This document shows positions 45,472 through 54,958 of a stretch of 64,000 bases of DNA, piece by piece. The stretch is taken from NCBI GenBank assembly GCA_044224695.1, contig JBGAJX010000004.1, positions 24,588 to 88,587 on the forward strand. The letters are read 5' to 3'. This DNA comes from Marmoricola sp. Lineage in GTDB: Bacteria; Actinomycetota; Actinomycetes; Propionibacteriales; Nocardioidaceae. A model generated the notes under the pieces. It had not been told where the DNA came from, did not search any database, and worked only from the letters and a program-made list of their open reading frames with translations. Both the position numbers and the translations under genes were made by a program. The number at the start of each line of letters is the position of its first letter. Within the stretch, counting starts at the first letter, position 1.

Positions 45472-45555
45472 ATCTCCCACGGGCGATCCCGGTGGGTCCG
45501 CGCCATTGCGGACGTTGAGGCGCCGCCCGCCGTCGACGTGCGGCGGCAGTGCTGG

Positions 45556-45792
45556 TCAGGCCGACCAGCGCACCTGCTCGACCACGACGTCGGCGACGGC
45601 CGAGACGCCCTGCAGTTCCTCGCGGACCGCGAAGAGGGCAGTCAGCTCGTTGCTGTTCTTCGCGCGGCGCGCCTGGGCGACCGTTCCCCGCTTGCTGCGA
45701 CCCCGGGCGGGTTCGCGGTCGAAGACGTTGTGGAACGTCGCGTCGGTGAGCGCCAGTGCGGGCTGCGTGGTCGGCTCCATCTCGTTCAGCAT
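45556..45792 (-). CDS. Small hypothetical protein (78 aa)
   Basis: The only ORF here with strongly GC-biased third positions. RBS GAAGGAG lies 7 nt upstream of the ATG. No recognisable motif. The overlapping + ORFs are Arg-rich shadows. Confidence 0.65.
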   Translation of the reverse strand: MLNEMEPTTQPALALTDATFHNVFDREPARGRSKRGTVAQARRAKNSNELTALFAVREELQGVSAVADVVVEQVRWSA

Positions 45793-45922
45793 CTCTGCGG
45801 CTCCTTCGGTGGGTGCGTTCGGTCAGGAAAGCAAAGGAAGGGGACGGCGATATGGCGCGGACGTTACGGGCGGGAAACGCCCCTCTTGACCGGGAACGGG
45901 GGGACGTCTACGTTGCCCGAAC

Positions 45923-45936
45923 TAGAACGTGTTCTC
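45923..45936. promoter_or_regulatory. KstR-type TetR operator TAGAACGTGTTCTC
   Basis: Matches TnnAACnnGTTnnA at 13 of 14 positions. The preceding bases make the same 10-mer GAACTAGAAC as at 17059-17068. Ends 11 nt before ATG 45948, in the divergent region shared with the 78-aa gene. Confidence 0.6.
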
Positions 45937-45947
45937 AGGAGTTGCCC

Positions 45948-47087
45948 ATGGTCGAGCCCGAGGCATCGACGATCGACACCACCCGTGACCCGCGGGCCGA
46001 GGTCTCCATGACCACGGACGTGCGGGATCCGCGCACGCTGGTCGAGCCGTTGGCCGCCTGGCTGGCGCCGGCCCTGGGGGCCGACGGGGTGGTCACCGTC
46101 GCCACGCCCGAGGCGCCGTCCGGCTCCGGGATGTCCAGCGTCACGTTGATGCTCGACTGCGCCTGGGAGGAGGCCGGCCAGGCCCGCGAGGCACGCCTCG
46201 CGGTACGCCTCGCGCCGGATGCCGCCGCCCGACCGGTGTTCCCCCGCTATGACCTCGTGCTCCAGCACGACGTGATGGCGGCCTTGGCCGAGGTCGGTTC
46301 CGTGCCGGTGCCCGCGTTGGTCGGGGTGGAGCCGACCGGCGCGGTGATCGGCACTCCGTTCCTGGTGATGCGGGCGGTGGAGGGGCGGGCTCCGGTGGAC
46401 AACCCGCCGTACGTATTCGGCGGCTGGCTGGCCGAGGCGGGTGAGGACGAGCGCCGCGCGCTCCAGGACGCGAGCCTGGACATCCTGGCGCGGGTCCACG
46501 CCACGGATCTGGCGGCACTGCCCGCCGGCCTGGGCCGGCCCGACGACCATGCGCTCCGGGTGCACTTTTCTGGTCAGCGCGACTATTACGCCTGGACGAT
46601 CGCGGAGGGCGGGCCGCGCGTGCCGCTGCTGGAGCGGGCCTTCGCGTGGTTGGAGGAGCGTTGGCCCGAGGACTCCCCGACCGTGCTGAGCTGGGGCGAC
46701 GCCCGTCCGGGGAACATCCTCTACGACGGCTTCACCCCGGTCGCGGCGCTGGACTGGGAGATGGCGGCGCTGGGCCCGCGTGAACTGGACGTGGCCTGGT
46801 TCATCTTCATCCACCGCTTCTTCCAGGACATCGCCGAGGTGTTCCAGCTCCCGGGCCTCCCGGACTTCTCGCGGCCCGAGGACGTGGCGGCGACCTACGA
46901 GCGGCTCAGCGGTCACCGGCTGCGCGACCTGGACTGGTACGTCACCTACGCCGCGCTGCGCCACGGCATCGTGATGGCCCGGATCAAGCACCGGATGATC
47001 GGCTTCGGCGAGGAGGCCGCGCCCGCGGACCCCGACGACTACGTGATGCACCGGGCCGCGCTGGCCCGGCTCATCGGAGAGGGCTGA
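45948..47087 (+). CDS. Phosphotransferase (APH/choline-kinase-like) family protein
   Basis: Brenner-like motif LSWGDARPGNILYDG and DWEMAALGP. The start, ATG 45948 (alternative ATG 46008), is preceded by caggag. Confidence 0.82.
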   Translation: MVEPEASTIDTTRDPRAEVSMTTDVRDPRTLVEPLAAWLAPALGADGVVTVATPEAPSGSGMSSVTLMLDCAWEEAGQAREARLAVRLAPDAAARPVFPRYDLVLQHDVMAALAEVGSVPVPALVGVEPTGAVIGTPFLVMRAVEGRAPVDNPPYVFGGWLAEAGEDERRALQDASLDILARVHATDLAALPAGLGRPDDHALRVHFSGQRDYYAWTIAEGGPRVPLLERAFAWLEERWPEDSPTVLSWGDARPGNILYDGFTPVAALDWEMAALGPRELDVAWFIFIHRFFQDIAEVFQLPGLPDFSRPEDVAATYERLSGHRLRDLDWYVTYAALRHGIVMARIKHRMIGFGEEAAPADPDDYVMHRAALARLIGEG

Positions 47088-47089
47088 GC

Positions 47090-48190
47090 GTGCGCCCGGA
47101 TCCGCTCGACGAGTACCCGGTCCACCAGGCGCCGCTGCCCGTGGCCCGGCCGGCGACCAGTGATCGGCACTTCTACGACCGGTCCTACCTCAACGCCCAC
47201 GACCGCACCGGAGACGTCTTCCTCATCGCCGGGCTCGGGATCTACCCCAACCTCGGGGTCCGGGACGGCTTCGTCACCGTCAAGGCCGGCCAGACCCAGC
47301 ACACGCTGCGGGTCTCCGACGCGCTCGACGCCCGCACCTTGGCCCAGGAGGTCGGGCCGCTGCGGCTGGAGATCCTCGACCCGCTGCGGCGACTGCGACT
47401 GGTCGCCGAGCACGACGACCTCCAGGTCGACCTGACCTGGGAGGGCTCCTTCGACCCGGTCCTCGAGCCGCGGCACGTGATGTACCAGGGCAGCCGCACC
47501 ACCTTGGACGCCCAGCGCTTCGCCCAGGTCGGCACCTGGGAGGGCCGACTGAGCGTGGCGGGCACGACGTACGAGGTGGACGCGGCGACCTGGGTCGGCA
47601 CCCGGGACCGTTCCTGGGGCGTGCGCCCCTCGGGTGACGCCGACCCGGCCGGGCGCGCGGCGGACGAGGAGCACGAAGGGTTCTGGTGGCTCTACGTGCC
47701 GCTGCGCTTCGATGACTTCCAGCTCGTGGTCATCGTGCAGGAGCGGTACGACGGCTACCGCACTCTCAACGACGCGGTCCGGGTCTGGGCGGACGGCCGG
47801 GTGGAGCAGCTCGGCTGGCCGCGGCTGGAGTTCGACTACCGCTCCGGGACCCGGCACCCCGAGCGGGCCCGCCTGCACCTGACGACCCCGGGCGGTGACC
47901 CGTTGCTGGTCGAGGTCGAGACGCTCGGCGCGGTGGCCCTGCACGTCGGTTGCGGCTACGGCGGCGACCCGGACTGGACGCACGGACAGTGGCGCGGTCG
48001 CGGCTGGGTCGAGAGCTCCACCTACGACTACACCGACCCCGCCATCGTCGGGCGTCTGCCCTGGGGGGTGAGCGACCACGTCGCCCGCGCCACCTGTGCC
48101 GGGGCCGTCGGCTACGGCCTCTTCGAACACGCCACAGTGGGACGGCACGACCCCAGCGGCTTCGCCGACTGGTTCGCGGTCGCGCCCTGA
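47090..48190 (+). CDS. Conserved hypothetical protein (366 aa)
   Basis: High third-position GC. The GTG start is 2 nt after the phosphotransferase stop. Beta-rich, with no catalytic motif that I recognise. Confidence 0.7.
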   Translation: MRPDPLDEYPVHQAPLPVARPATSDRHFYDRSYLNAHDRTGDVFLIAGLGIYPNLGVRDGFVTVKAGQTQHTLRVSDALDARTLAQEVGPLRLEILDPLRRLRLVAEHDDLQVDLTWEGSFDPVLEPRHVMYQGSRTTLDAQRFAQVGTWEGRLSVAGTTYEVDAATWVGTRDRSWGVRPSGDADPAGRAADEEHEGFWWLYVPLRFDDFQLVVIVQERYDGYRTLNDAVRVWADGRVEQLGWPRLEFDYRSGTRHPERARLHLTTPGGDPLLVEVETLGAVALHVGCGYGGDPDWTHGQWRGRGWVESSTYDYTDPAIVGRLPWGVSDHVARATCAGAVGYGLFEHATVGRHDPSGFADWFAVAP

Positions 48191-48233
48191 GCCTGCCCCG
48201 ATCCCGCCCCCGATCCCGCGCTGAGAGGTCCTG

Positions 48234-48680
48234 ATGGACGACGTCGACCAGATCTGCCGCCTCAAGTACGCCTACTTCCGCAGCCTGGACCTCAAGCAGT
48301 GGAAGGAGTTCGAGGGCTGCTTCGTCGAGGACGCCACCGGGTCCTACGCCGAGCTGGAGTTCTCCTCGCGCCGCGACATCGTCGACTACATGAAGGCGAA
48401 CCTGCCTCTCGAGGTCACCACGGTGCACCAGGCCCATCACCCCGAGATCGACGTGGACGGCGACACCGCGACCGGCACCTGGTACCTCTTCGACAAGGTC
48501 TTCGTGCCGGCCTTCGACTTCGTGCTCGAAGGCGCGGCCTTCTACTCCGACCGCTACGTACGCACGGAGCAGGGCTGGCGCATCCAGCACACCGGCTACC
48601 GGCGGACCTACGAGACGAGCTGGAAGATGTCGAAGGCGCCGGGCTGGAGTTTCAAGCGGGGCACGGCGTACGACGCGTGA
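48234..48680 (+). CDS. NTF2-like / SnoaL_4 family protein
   Basis: 148 aa with ICRLKYAYFRSLDLKQWKEF..., TGTWYLF and RYVRTEQGWRI, typical of the SnoaL_4/BaiE-like NTF2 fold. Confidence 0.78.
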   Translation: MDDVDQICRLKYAYFRSLDLKQWKEFEGCFVEDATGSYAELEFSSRRDIVDYMKANLPLEVTTVHQAHHPEIDVDGDTATGTWYLFDKVFVPAFDFVLEGAAFYSDRYVRTEQGWRIQHTGYRRTYETSWKMSKAPGWSFKRGTAYDA

Positions 48681-48686
48681 AGCGGC

Positions 48687-49769
48687 TCAGCGCGTCGGCG
48701 GGGGCCCGGTGGTGTCGCCGATCCGCAGTGCCGTCGGCGTGGTCTGCCGCAGGGGAGGATCCGGGACCGGTCCCTCCACCACTTGCCTGACCACCCGGCC
48801 GACGGCTCGGCCGCGCGCTTCGGCGTGCTGGTCGATCGTGGTCAGCCGCTGCCCGAGCCAGGGCAGGTCCACGGCGTCGAAGCCGACGACACTGAGATCC
48901 TCGGGCACCCGGAGGCCCCGGTCGCGCGCGGCCAGCACCGCGCCGGCGGCCAGTTGGTCGCTCTGGGCCACGATCGCCGTCGGTGGCTCGGGAGAGTCGA
49001 GGAGCAGTGCGGTGGCGGCGCGTCCGGCGGCAACGTCGGTGGCGGAGGCAGCGATGATCGGCGCCTCCTCGCCGGCCGCGTCGCCGAAGCCACGCGCCCG
49101 GTCGCGGGTCACGCCGTAGGTGGCCTGCGCGAGGTCGGCCGCGGTGAGGAGCCCCCCGACTGCTCCCGGGGAGGGCGGCATGGACAGGTGGGCCAGCCGA
49201 CGATGGCCCAGGCCGTGCAGGTGCCGGACCGCCGCGGCGGTGGCGCCCGCCTCGTCCAGCAGCACCTGATGGACGCGGGCGTCGGTGCGGCTGGTGCTCA
49301 CGATCGGGATGTCGCGCGCCACCAGGTGGTCGATCAAGGCCGGGTCCTGCGGCGTGCACATGGCGAAGACGAAGGCGTCGACGGCCAGGCCGGACACCGT
49401 CTCCAGGGCCCGCGACGGCTGCTCGACGGGGTGGGGGATCAGGAGCAGGCCGGCACCGAGGGCCTCGAGTTCCTGGGAGAGGCCGTCGAGCAGGACCACG
49501 GCGTAGGGGTCGCGGAAGGCGTGCATGAGGCGGCCCTCGACCAGGACGCCGACCGCGCCCGCACGGCCCCGGCGGAGCGAGGCTGCGCGGGGGTCGGGTC
49601 CGGCGTAGCCCAACTCGGCCGCGGCGCGGTGTACGCGTGCGGCGGTGGCCGGCGCGACCGGGCCCTTGCCGCTGAACACCAGGCTCGCCGTCGAGGTCGC
49701 CACGCCGGCGGCCGCGGCGACGTCGCGGATGGTCGGGCGACGGGAACGGGTTTGACCGGGGCCTGGCAT
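48687..49769 (-). CDS. LacI family transcriptional regulator
   Basis: Start moved to ATG 49769. HTH PTIRDVAAAAGVATSTASLVFSG, followed by a periplasmic-binding-protein-like effector domain. Confidence 0.88.
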   Translation of the reverse strand: MPGPGQTRSRRPTIRDVAAAAGVATSTASLVFSGKGPVAPATAARVHRAAAELGYAGPDPRAASLRRGRAGAVGVLVEGRLMHAFRDPYAVVLLDGLSQELEALGAGLLLIPHPVEQPSRALETVSGLAVDAFVFAMCTPQDPALIDHLVARDIPIVSTSRTDARVHQVLLDEAGATAAAVRHLHGLGHRRLAHLSMPPSPGAVGGLLTAADLAQATYGVTRDRARGFGDAAGEEAPIIAASATDVAAGRAATALLLDSPEPPTAIVAQSDQLAAGAVLAARDRGLRVPEDLSVVGFDAVDLPWLGQRLTTIDQHAEARGRAVGRVVRQVVEGPVPDPPLRQTTPTALRIGDTTGPPPTR

Positions 49770-49781
49770 GGGAGCCACAAT

Positions 49782-49797
49782 ATCGAAACGATTCGAT
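49782..49797. promoter_or_regulatory. Candidate LacI-family operator ATCGAAACGATTCGAT
   Basis: A 16-bp palindrome matching 14/16, with the AAnCGnTT core common to LacI/CcpA-type sites. Lies in the 79-bp divergent region between the LacI gene and the MFS gene. Confidence 0.5.
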
Positions 49798-49848
49798 CTT
49801 GGCTCGCGCAGTTCGCGCGACACGTCTGTTCCGTGTGAGGGAGTTGCT

Positions 49849-51111
49849 GTGCGAGAGGTCCTGGCCGCACGTAACGCGGTCTACCTGGTCTTCGGGGTGA
49901 ACGGGGTGGCGTTCGCCTCCTGGGCCTCACGCATCCCCGATGCCAAGGCGCAGCTCGGACTGGGTGCCTCGGACCTCGGCCTGGTCCTGCTGGCGATGTC
50001 GGCGGGCGCCGTGCTCGGCCTGCCCAGCTCGGGCTGGCTCAACCACAACCTCGGGGTCGCGACCGCGGTGCGGCTCGGGGTCTCCGCGACGCTGGTCGGG
50101 CTGGTCGGGGCCGGACTCGCGATCAGCGTCCTGGGCTCGGTGCCCCTCCTGGCCCTGGCGCTCTTCGTCGCCGGGCTCGGGATCGGGGTCTGGGACGTGG
50201 CGATGAATCTGGAGGGCGCCGTCGTCGAGCAGCGCCTCGGGACCACGATCATGCCCCGCTTCCACGCCGCCTTCAGCGGAGGCACCGTCCTCTCCGCGCT
50301 CGTGGGGGCCGGGCTCTCGGCGCTGTCGGTGCCGGTAGGCCTTCACCTCACCGGGGCCGCGGTCGTCGTCGGCACGCTGGCGCTCGCCGCCACCACCCGC
50401 TTCCTCGGGCAGCAGGGCGCCCGGCACGAGACTGCACAGCCCGAGGCGCAACCGGGTGCAGAGGAGCCCGCCGTCACCACGCCGCAGCGAGGGGGGTCCG
50501 GTGTCGGGGCTGCCTGGCGCGACCGGCGCACGCTCGCGATCGGTGCTGTCGTGATGGTGGCCGCCTTCACCGAGGGAACGGCGAACGACTGGCTCTCGGT
50601 CGCCCTGGTCGAGGGGCACGGTGTGCCGGCCTGGGCCGGTGTCCTCGGCTTCGCCACCTTCCTGACCTTCATGACCGCGGGGCGCCTCTTCGGTGGCGTC
50701 CTGCTGGACCGGTACGGCCGGGTCCCGGTGCTCCGTCTCATGTTCACGATGGCCGGGCTCGGCAGCCTGCTGGTGGTGTTCGGGTCGGTGCCGCTCGCCT
50801 TCCTCGGTGCCGCGCTCTGGGGTGCCGGAGTCGCGCTGGGCTTCCCCGTCGGCATCTCGGCGTCCGCCGACGACCCCGCGCGGGCAGCGGCCCGGATGTC
50901 GGTGGTCTCGACCATCGGCTACACGGCGTTCCTGGCCGGGCCGCCCCTGCTCGGCTTCGTCGGCGAGCACTCCGGAGTGCTCCAGGCGATGCTGCTGGTC
51001 GGTGGTGCGGTGATCATCGCCCTGGTGATGCTTCCCGCCGTGCGCGAGCCCGAGCGGGAGGAGCAGGTCGAGCCGGCCACGACCGACCCCGAGCGCTGCA
51101 CTGCGGGCTAG
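49849..51111 (+). CDS. MFS transporter
   Basis: About 12 TM segments. Start moved to GTG 49849 behind gagggag. The track start 49768 would overlap the LacI start codon. Confidence 0.82.
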   Translation: MREVLAARNAVYLVFGVNGVAFASWASRIPDAKAQLGLGASDLGLVLLAMSAGAVLGLPSSGWLNHNLGVATAVRLGVSATLVGLVGAGLAISVLGSVPLLALALFVAGLGIGVWDVAMNLEGAVVEQRLGTTIMPRFHAAFSGGTVLSALVGAGLSALSVPVGLHLTGAAVVVGTLALAATTRFLGQQGARHETAQPEAQPGAEEPAVTTPQRGGSGVGAAWRDRRTLAIGAVVMVAAFTEGTANDWLSVALVEGHGVPAWAGVLGFATFLTFMTAGRLFGGVLLDRYGRVPVLRLMFTMAGLGSLLVVFGSVPLAFLGAALWGAGVALGFPVGISASADDPARAAARMSVVSTIGYTAFLAGPPLLGFVGEHSGVLQAMLLVGGAVIIALVMLPAVREPEREEQVEPATTDPERCTAG

Positions 51112-51139
51112 ACCGCTGAGGTACCCCGCGGGGGTTGGT

Positions 51140-51667
51140 TCAGGACTCGTCGGCGAGGTTCAGCTCGACCATGAGCTCGTCGGCCAGCGCCTCGAGAGCA
51201 GCGCGCAGATCGTCGCCGGCCACTCCGTCAGGGACCCTCAGGACCGCGTCCGCCTCGAAGAGCAGGCCCCCCGACATCGGGGCCTCGCGCACGCCCGTGG
51301 TGAGCTCGTCGATGCTCACCCCGGAGCCCGCCAGCAGGCTCGAGATGTCGGCCACGATCCCGGGCCGGTCGTTGCCGACCAGCGTCAGGCGGAGCGCCCG
51401 CGCCACAGGGACGGCAGGCGGGAGATCGGTGCGTTCCGCGGTCACGTGGAGGCCCTCGAGGGGCTCCAGCGCTGCCAGCAGACCGGTGATCCGGTCCTCC
51501 GGCACCTGCACCAGGACGATGCCGGCGAACTTGCCGGCGAGGCGCGCCATCTGGCTGCGCTCCCAGCTCCCGCCCTGCGCGCGGACCTCCGCGGCCAGGG
51601 CGGAGACCAGGCCGGGCCGGTCGTCGCCGAGCACGGTGAGAACGAGGGGTGCGGTACCGGTCGCCAT
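51140..51667 (-). CDS. Tandem ACT-domain protein (GcvR-like)
   Basis: Two repeats of LxxxGxDRPGxV (LTVLGDDRPGLVSALA and LTLVGNDRPGIVADIS). Start at ATG 51667. Confidence 0.78.
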   Translation of the reverse strand: MATGTAPLVLTVLGDDRPGLVSALAAEVRAQGGSWERSQMARLAGKFAGIVLVQVPEDRITGLLAALEPLEGLHVTAERTDLPPAVPVARALRLTLVGNDRPGIVADISSLLAGSGVSIDELTTGVREAPMSGGLLFEADAVLRVPDGVAGDDLRAALEALADELMVELNLADES

Positions 51668-51909
51668 GGCGCCGAGCGTAGCCCGGGTCGCCGATGGCTG
51701 GGCTCCCCCCATGTGGGCATCCCCACAGCCTCGCGGCGTGACCTGGGCGCTGTGGACAGACCAGACTGTGCCGCCGGATACGTCTGTCGCTCCGAGGCGG
51801 GTGACGACGCGGGGACTGAGGGGCGAGACGTGTCACGGTCCCGCAACGTGAGACGGGCAGACTGACGCGTGAGATGCCTTCGCAGGGAGGCCTCAGGAGG
51901 AGGACCGGG

Positions 51910-53436
51910 ATGATCATCGGAGTCGTGCAGGAGGCCAAGGCCGGGGAGACTCGGGTGGCGGCGACGCCGGCGACGGTGGCTCAGTTGCTGAAGCTGGGTT
52001 ACCAGGTCGTGGTGGATCGTGGCGCGGGCGAGGCGGCGTCGTTCCCCGATGCGGCGTACGTCGAGGCCGGTGCCAGCGTGGGGGATGCGTTGGAGGCCGA
52101 CATCGTGTTCGGTGTCAACGCGTTGGTCGGTTGGCAGTTGGACCGGCTCCGTGAGGGTGCGACGGTGATCAGTCTGATGTCGCCGGGTCTGAACCCGGAT
52201 CTGGTCGCGGATCTGGCGCGTCGTCCGATCACGGCGTTGGCGATGGACGCGGTTCCGCGGATCAGCCGGGCGCAGTCTCTGGATGTGTTGTCCTCGATGG
52301 CCAACATCGCCGGTTACCGCGCGGTCGTGGAGGCCGCGCATGTCTTCGGGCGGTTCTTCACCGGTCAGGTCACCGCGGCGGGCAAGGTCCCGCCGGCCAA
52401 GGTGCTCGTGGTCGGCGCGGGTGTGGCGGGGCTGGCCGCGATCGGTGCGGCGGGGTCGTTGGGGGCGATCGTGCGGGCCACCGACCCGCGCCCGGAGGTC
52501 GCGGACCAGGTGAAGTCGCTGGGCGGGGAGTACCTCTCGATCGAGTCCCCCGAGGTCGAAGTGTCGGCGACCGGTTACGCCAAGGAGATGGGCGAGGACT
52601 ACAAGGCCCGCGAGGCCGAGCTGTATGCCCAGCAGTCCGCGGATGTGGACATCATCATCACCACCGCGCTGATCCCGGGCCGTCCGGCTCCGCGGATCAT
52701 CACCGCGGAGATGGTGGCCTCGATGCGTTCGGGCAGCGTGATCGTGGACATGGCCGCCCAGAACGGCGGCAACGTGGAGGGCACGGTGCCCGGTGAGGCC
52801 GTGGTGACCCCCAACGGCGTCACGATCATCGGTTACACCGATCTCGCGGGGCGGCTGCCGGCGCAGGCCTCACAGCTCTACGGCACGAACCTGGTCAACC
52901 TGATGAAGTTGATGACGCCGGGCAAGGACGGCCAGTTGGTGGTCGACTTCGACGACGTGGTCGTGCGGTCGATGACGGTGGTGGCCAACGGCGAGCTGAC
53001 CTGGCCGCCGCCGCCGGTGCAGGTCTCGGCCGCCCCGGCTGCGACGGCGACCGCGGTCGCACCGGTGGTCTCGGCGGTCAAGGAGCCGATGTCGACCCAG
53101 CGGCGTTACACCCTGGTCGGAGTCGGTGCGGCGGTGTTGTTCGTGCTGGTCGCGTTGGCTCCGGACGCGTTGCGGGTGCACCTGACGGTGTTCGCGTTGG
53201 CGATCGTGATCGGCTACTACGTGATCGGCAACGTGCACCACGCGCTGCACACCCCGCTGATGAGCGTGACCAACGCGATCAGCGGGATCATCGTGGTCGG
53301 TGCGTTGCTGCAGATCGGCCAGGACGATGCGGTCATTACGGCGCTGTCGTTCGTGGCGATCCTGGTGGCCTCGATCAACGTGTTCGGCGGGTTCGCGGTG
53401 ACCCGGCGGATGTTGTCGATGTTCTCGCGCAGCTGA
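51910..53436 (+). CDS. pntA: Re/Si-specific NAD(P)+ transhydrogenase subunit alpha (dI plus 4 TM helices)
   Basis: ATG 51910 lies behind ggaggagga. Motifs: [49 protein letters not shown] and a hydrophobic C-terminal 100 aa. Confidence 0.94.
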   Translation: MIIGVVQEAKAGETRVAATPATVAQLLKLGYQVVVDRGAGEAASFPDAAYVEAGASVGDALEADIVFGVNALVGWQLDRLREGATVISLMSPGLNPDLVADLARRPITALAMDAVPRISRAQSLDVLSSMANIAGYRAVVEAAHVFGRFFTGQVTAAGKVPPAKVLVVGAGVAGLAAIGAAGSLGAIVRATDPRPEVADQVKSLGGEYLSIESPEVEVSATGYAKEMGEDYKAREAELYAQQSADVDIIITTALIPGRPAPRIITAEMVASMRSGSVIVDMAAQNGGNVEGTVPGEAVVTPNGVTIIGYTDLAGRLPAQASQLYGTNLVNLMKLMTPGKDGQLVVDFDDVVVRSMTVVANGELTWPPPPVQVSAAPAATATAVAPVVSAVKEPMSTQRRYTLVGVGAAVLFVLVALAPDALRVHLTVFALAIVIGYYVIGNVHHALHTPLMSVTNAISGIIVVGALLQIGQDDAVITALSFVAILVASINVFGGFAVTRRMLSMFSRS

Positions 53437-53480
53437 CCTTCCTGCCCCCCTTTCTTGTTGTGTTGACGTGAGGAACTGAG

Positions 53481-54899
53481 ATGACCATCGAGACCGCTGC
53501 GAACGCGGCGTACATCGTGGCCGGGTTGCTGTTCATCCTGGCGCTGGCCGGCTTGAGCAAGCACGAGACCGCACGGGCGGGCAACACCTACGGCATCGCC
53601 GGCATGGCGGTCGCGCTGGTGGCCACGATCGCGTTGGCCATCGACCGCGACATCACCGGCGTCGGGCTGGGGTTGCTGGTCGTGGCGATGGTCGCCGGTG
53701 CCGGGATCGGTCTGCAGCGCGCCCGGGTGGTGGAGATGACCGGGATGCCCGAGCTCATCGCGCTGCTGCACTCGTTTGTGGGTCTGGCCGCGGTGCTGGT
53801 CGGCTGGAACGGCTACCTCCACGTCGAGGCCCACCCCCGCTCCGCCGAAGCACTCATCCTGGAAGCCCAGGACCTGCTCGGGGTGCACTCCGCGGAGGTC
53901 TTCATCGGCGTCTTCATCGGTGCGGTGACCTTCACCGGCTCGATCGTGGCGTTCCTCAAGCTCTCGGCGCGGATCTCCTCGCCCCCCCTGATGCTGCCGG
54001 GCAAGAACCTGCTCAACCTCGGCGCGCTGGCGCTGTTCGTGGTGCTGACGGTCTGGTTCGTGATCGACCCGCAGCTGTGGCTGCTGATCCTGGTCACCCT
54101 GATCGCGCTCGCGTTGGGCTGGCACCTGGTCGCCTCCATCGGCGGCGGCGACATGCCCGTGGTCGTCTCGATGCTCAACAGCTACTCCGGTTGGGCCGCG
54201 GCCGCCTCAGGCTTCCTGCTCGAGAACGACCTGCTGATCATCACCGGTGCCCTGGTCGGGTCCTCGGGTGCCTACCTGTCCTACATCATGTGCAAGGCGA
54301 TGAACCGTTCCTTCATCTCCGTGATCGCCGGCGGCTTCGGCATCGAGGCCGGCCCGGGTGAGGACAAGGACTACGGCGAGCACCGCGAGATCACCGCCGA
54401 GGGCGCCGCCGAACTCCTCACCGGCGCCTCCAGCGTGGTGATCACCCCCGGCTACGGCATGGCCGTGGCCCAGGCGCAGTACGGCGTGGCCGAGTTGACC
54501 CGCAAGCTCCGCGAGAAGGGCGTCGAGGTTCGCTTCGGCATCCACCCCGTCGCCGGCCGCCTCCCGGGCCACATGAACGTGCTGCTCGCCGAGGCGAAGG
54601 TCCCCTACGACATCGTCCTGGAGATGGACGAGATCAACGACGACCTCTCCGACACCGACGTCGTCCTGGTCATCGGCGCCAACGACACCGTCAACCCGGC
54701 CGCGATGGACGACCCCACCTCACCGATCGCGGGCATGCCCGTCCTGACCGTGTGGGACGCCAACCACGTCATCGTCTTCAAACGCTCCATGGCCTCGGGC
54801 TACGCCGGCGTCCAGAACCCCCTGTTCTTCCGCGAGAACTCCCAGATGCTCTTCGGCGACGCCAAAGACCGCGTCGAGGACATCCTCCGCGCCCTCTGA
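53481..54899 (+). CDS. pntB: NAD(P)+ transhydrogenase subunit beta
   Basis: 472 aa with a polytopic N-terminal dII, then dIII motifs [39 protein letters not shown] and [17 protein letters not shown]. Confidence 0.95.
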   Translation: MTIETAANAAYIVAGLLFILALAGLSKHETARAGNTYGIAGMAVALVATIALAIDRDITGVGLGLLVVAMVAGAGIGLQRARVVEMTGMPELIALLHSFVGLAAVLVGWNGYLHVEAHPRSAEALILEAQDLLGVHSAEVFIGVFIGAVTFTGSIVAFLKLSARISSPPLMLPGKNLLNLGALALFVVLTVWFVIDPQLWLLILVTLIALALGWHLVASIGGGDMPVVVSMLNSYSGWAAAASGFLLENDLLIITGALVGSSGAYLSYIMCKAMNRSFISVIAGGFGIEAGPGEDKDYGEHREITAEGAAELLTGASSVVITPGYGMAVAQAQYGVAELTRKLREKGVEVRFGIHPVAGRLPGHMNVLLAEAKVPYDIVLEMDEINDDLSDTDVVLVIGANDTVNPAAMDDPTSPIAGMPVLTVWDANHVIVFKRSMASGYAGVQNPLFFRENSQMLFGDAKDRVEDILRAL

Positions 54900-54958
54900 G
54901 GAACGCTCGGGAGGGGTCCGTGGTTGAGGCCGCGGACCCCGTGGGACAGCATGGGGCG

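Noticed and set aside
45506-46011. + strand ORFs 45506..45889, 45538..46011 and 45549..45749
   Set aside because: They are Arg/Pro/Ser-rich with poor third-position bias. The minus-strand 78-aa ORF with a good RBS and strong GC3 explains the region better.
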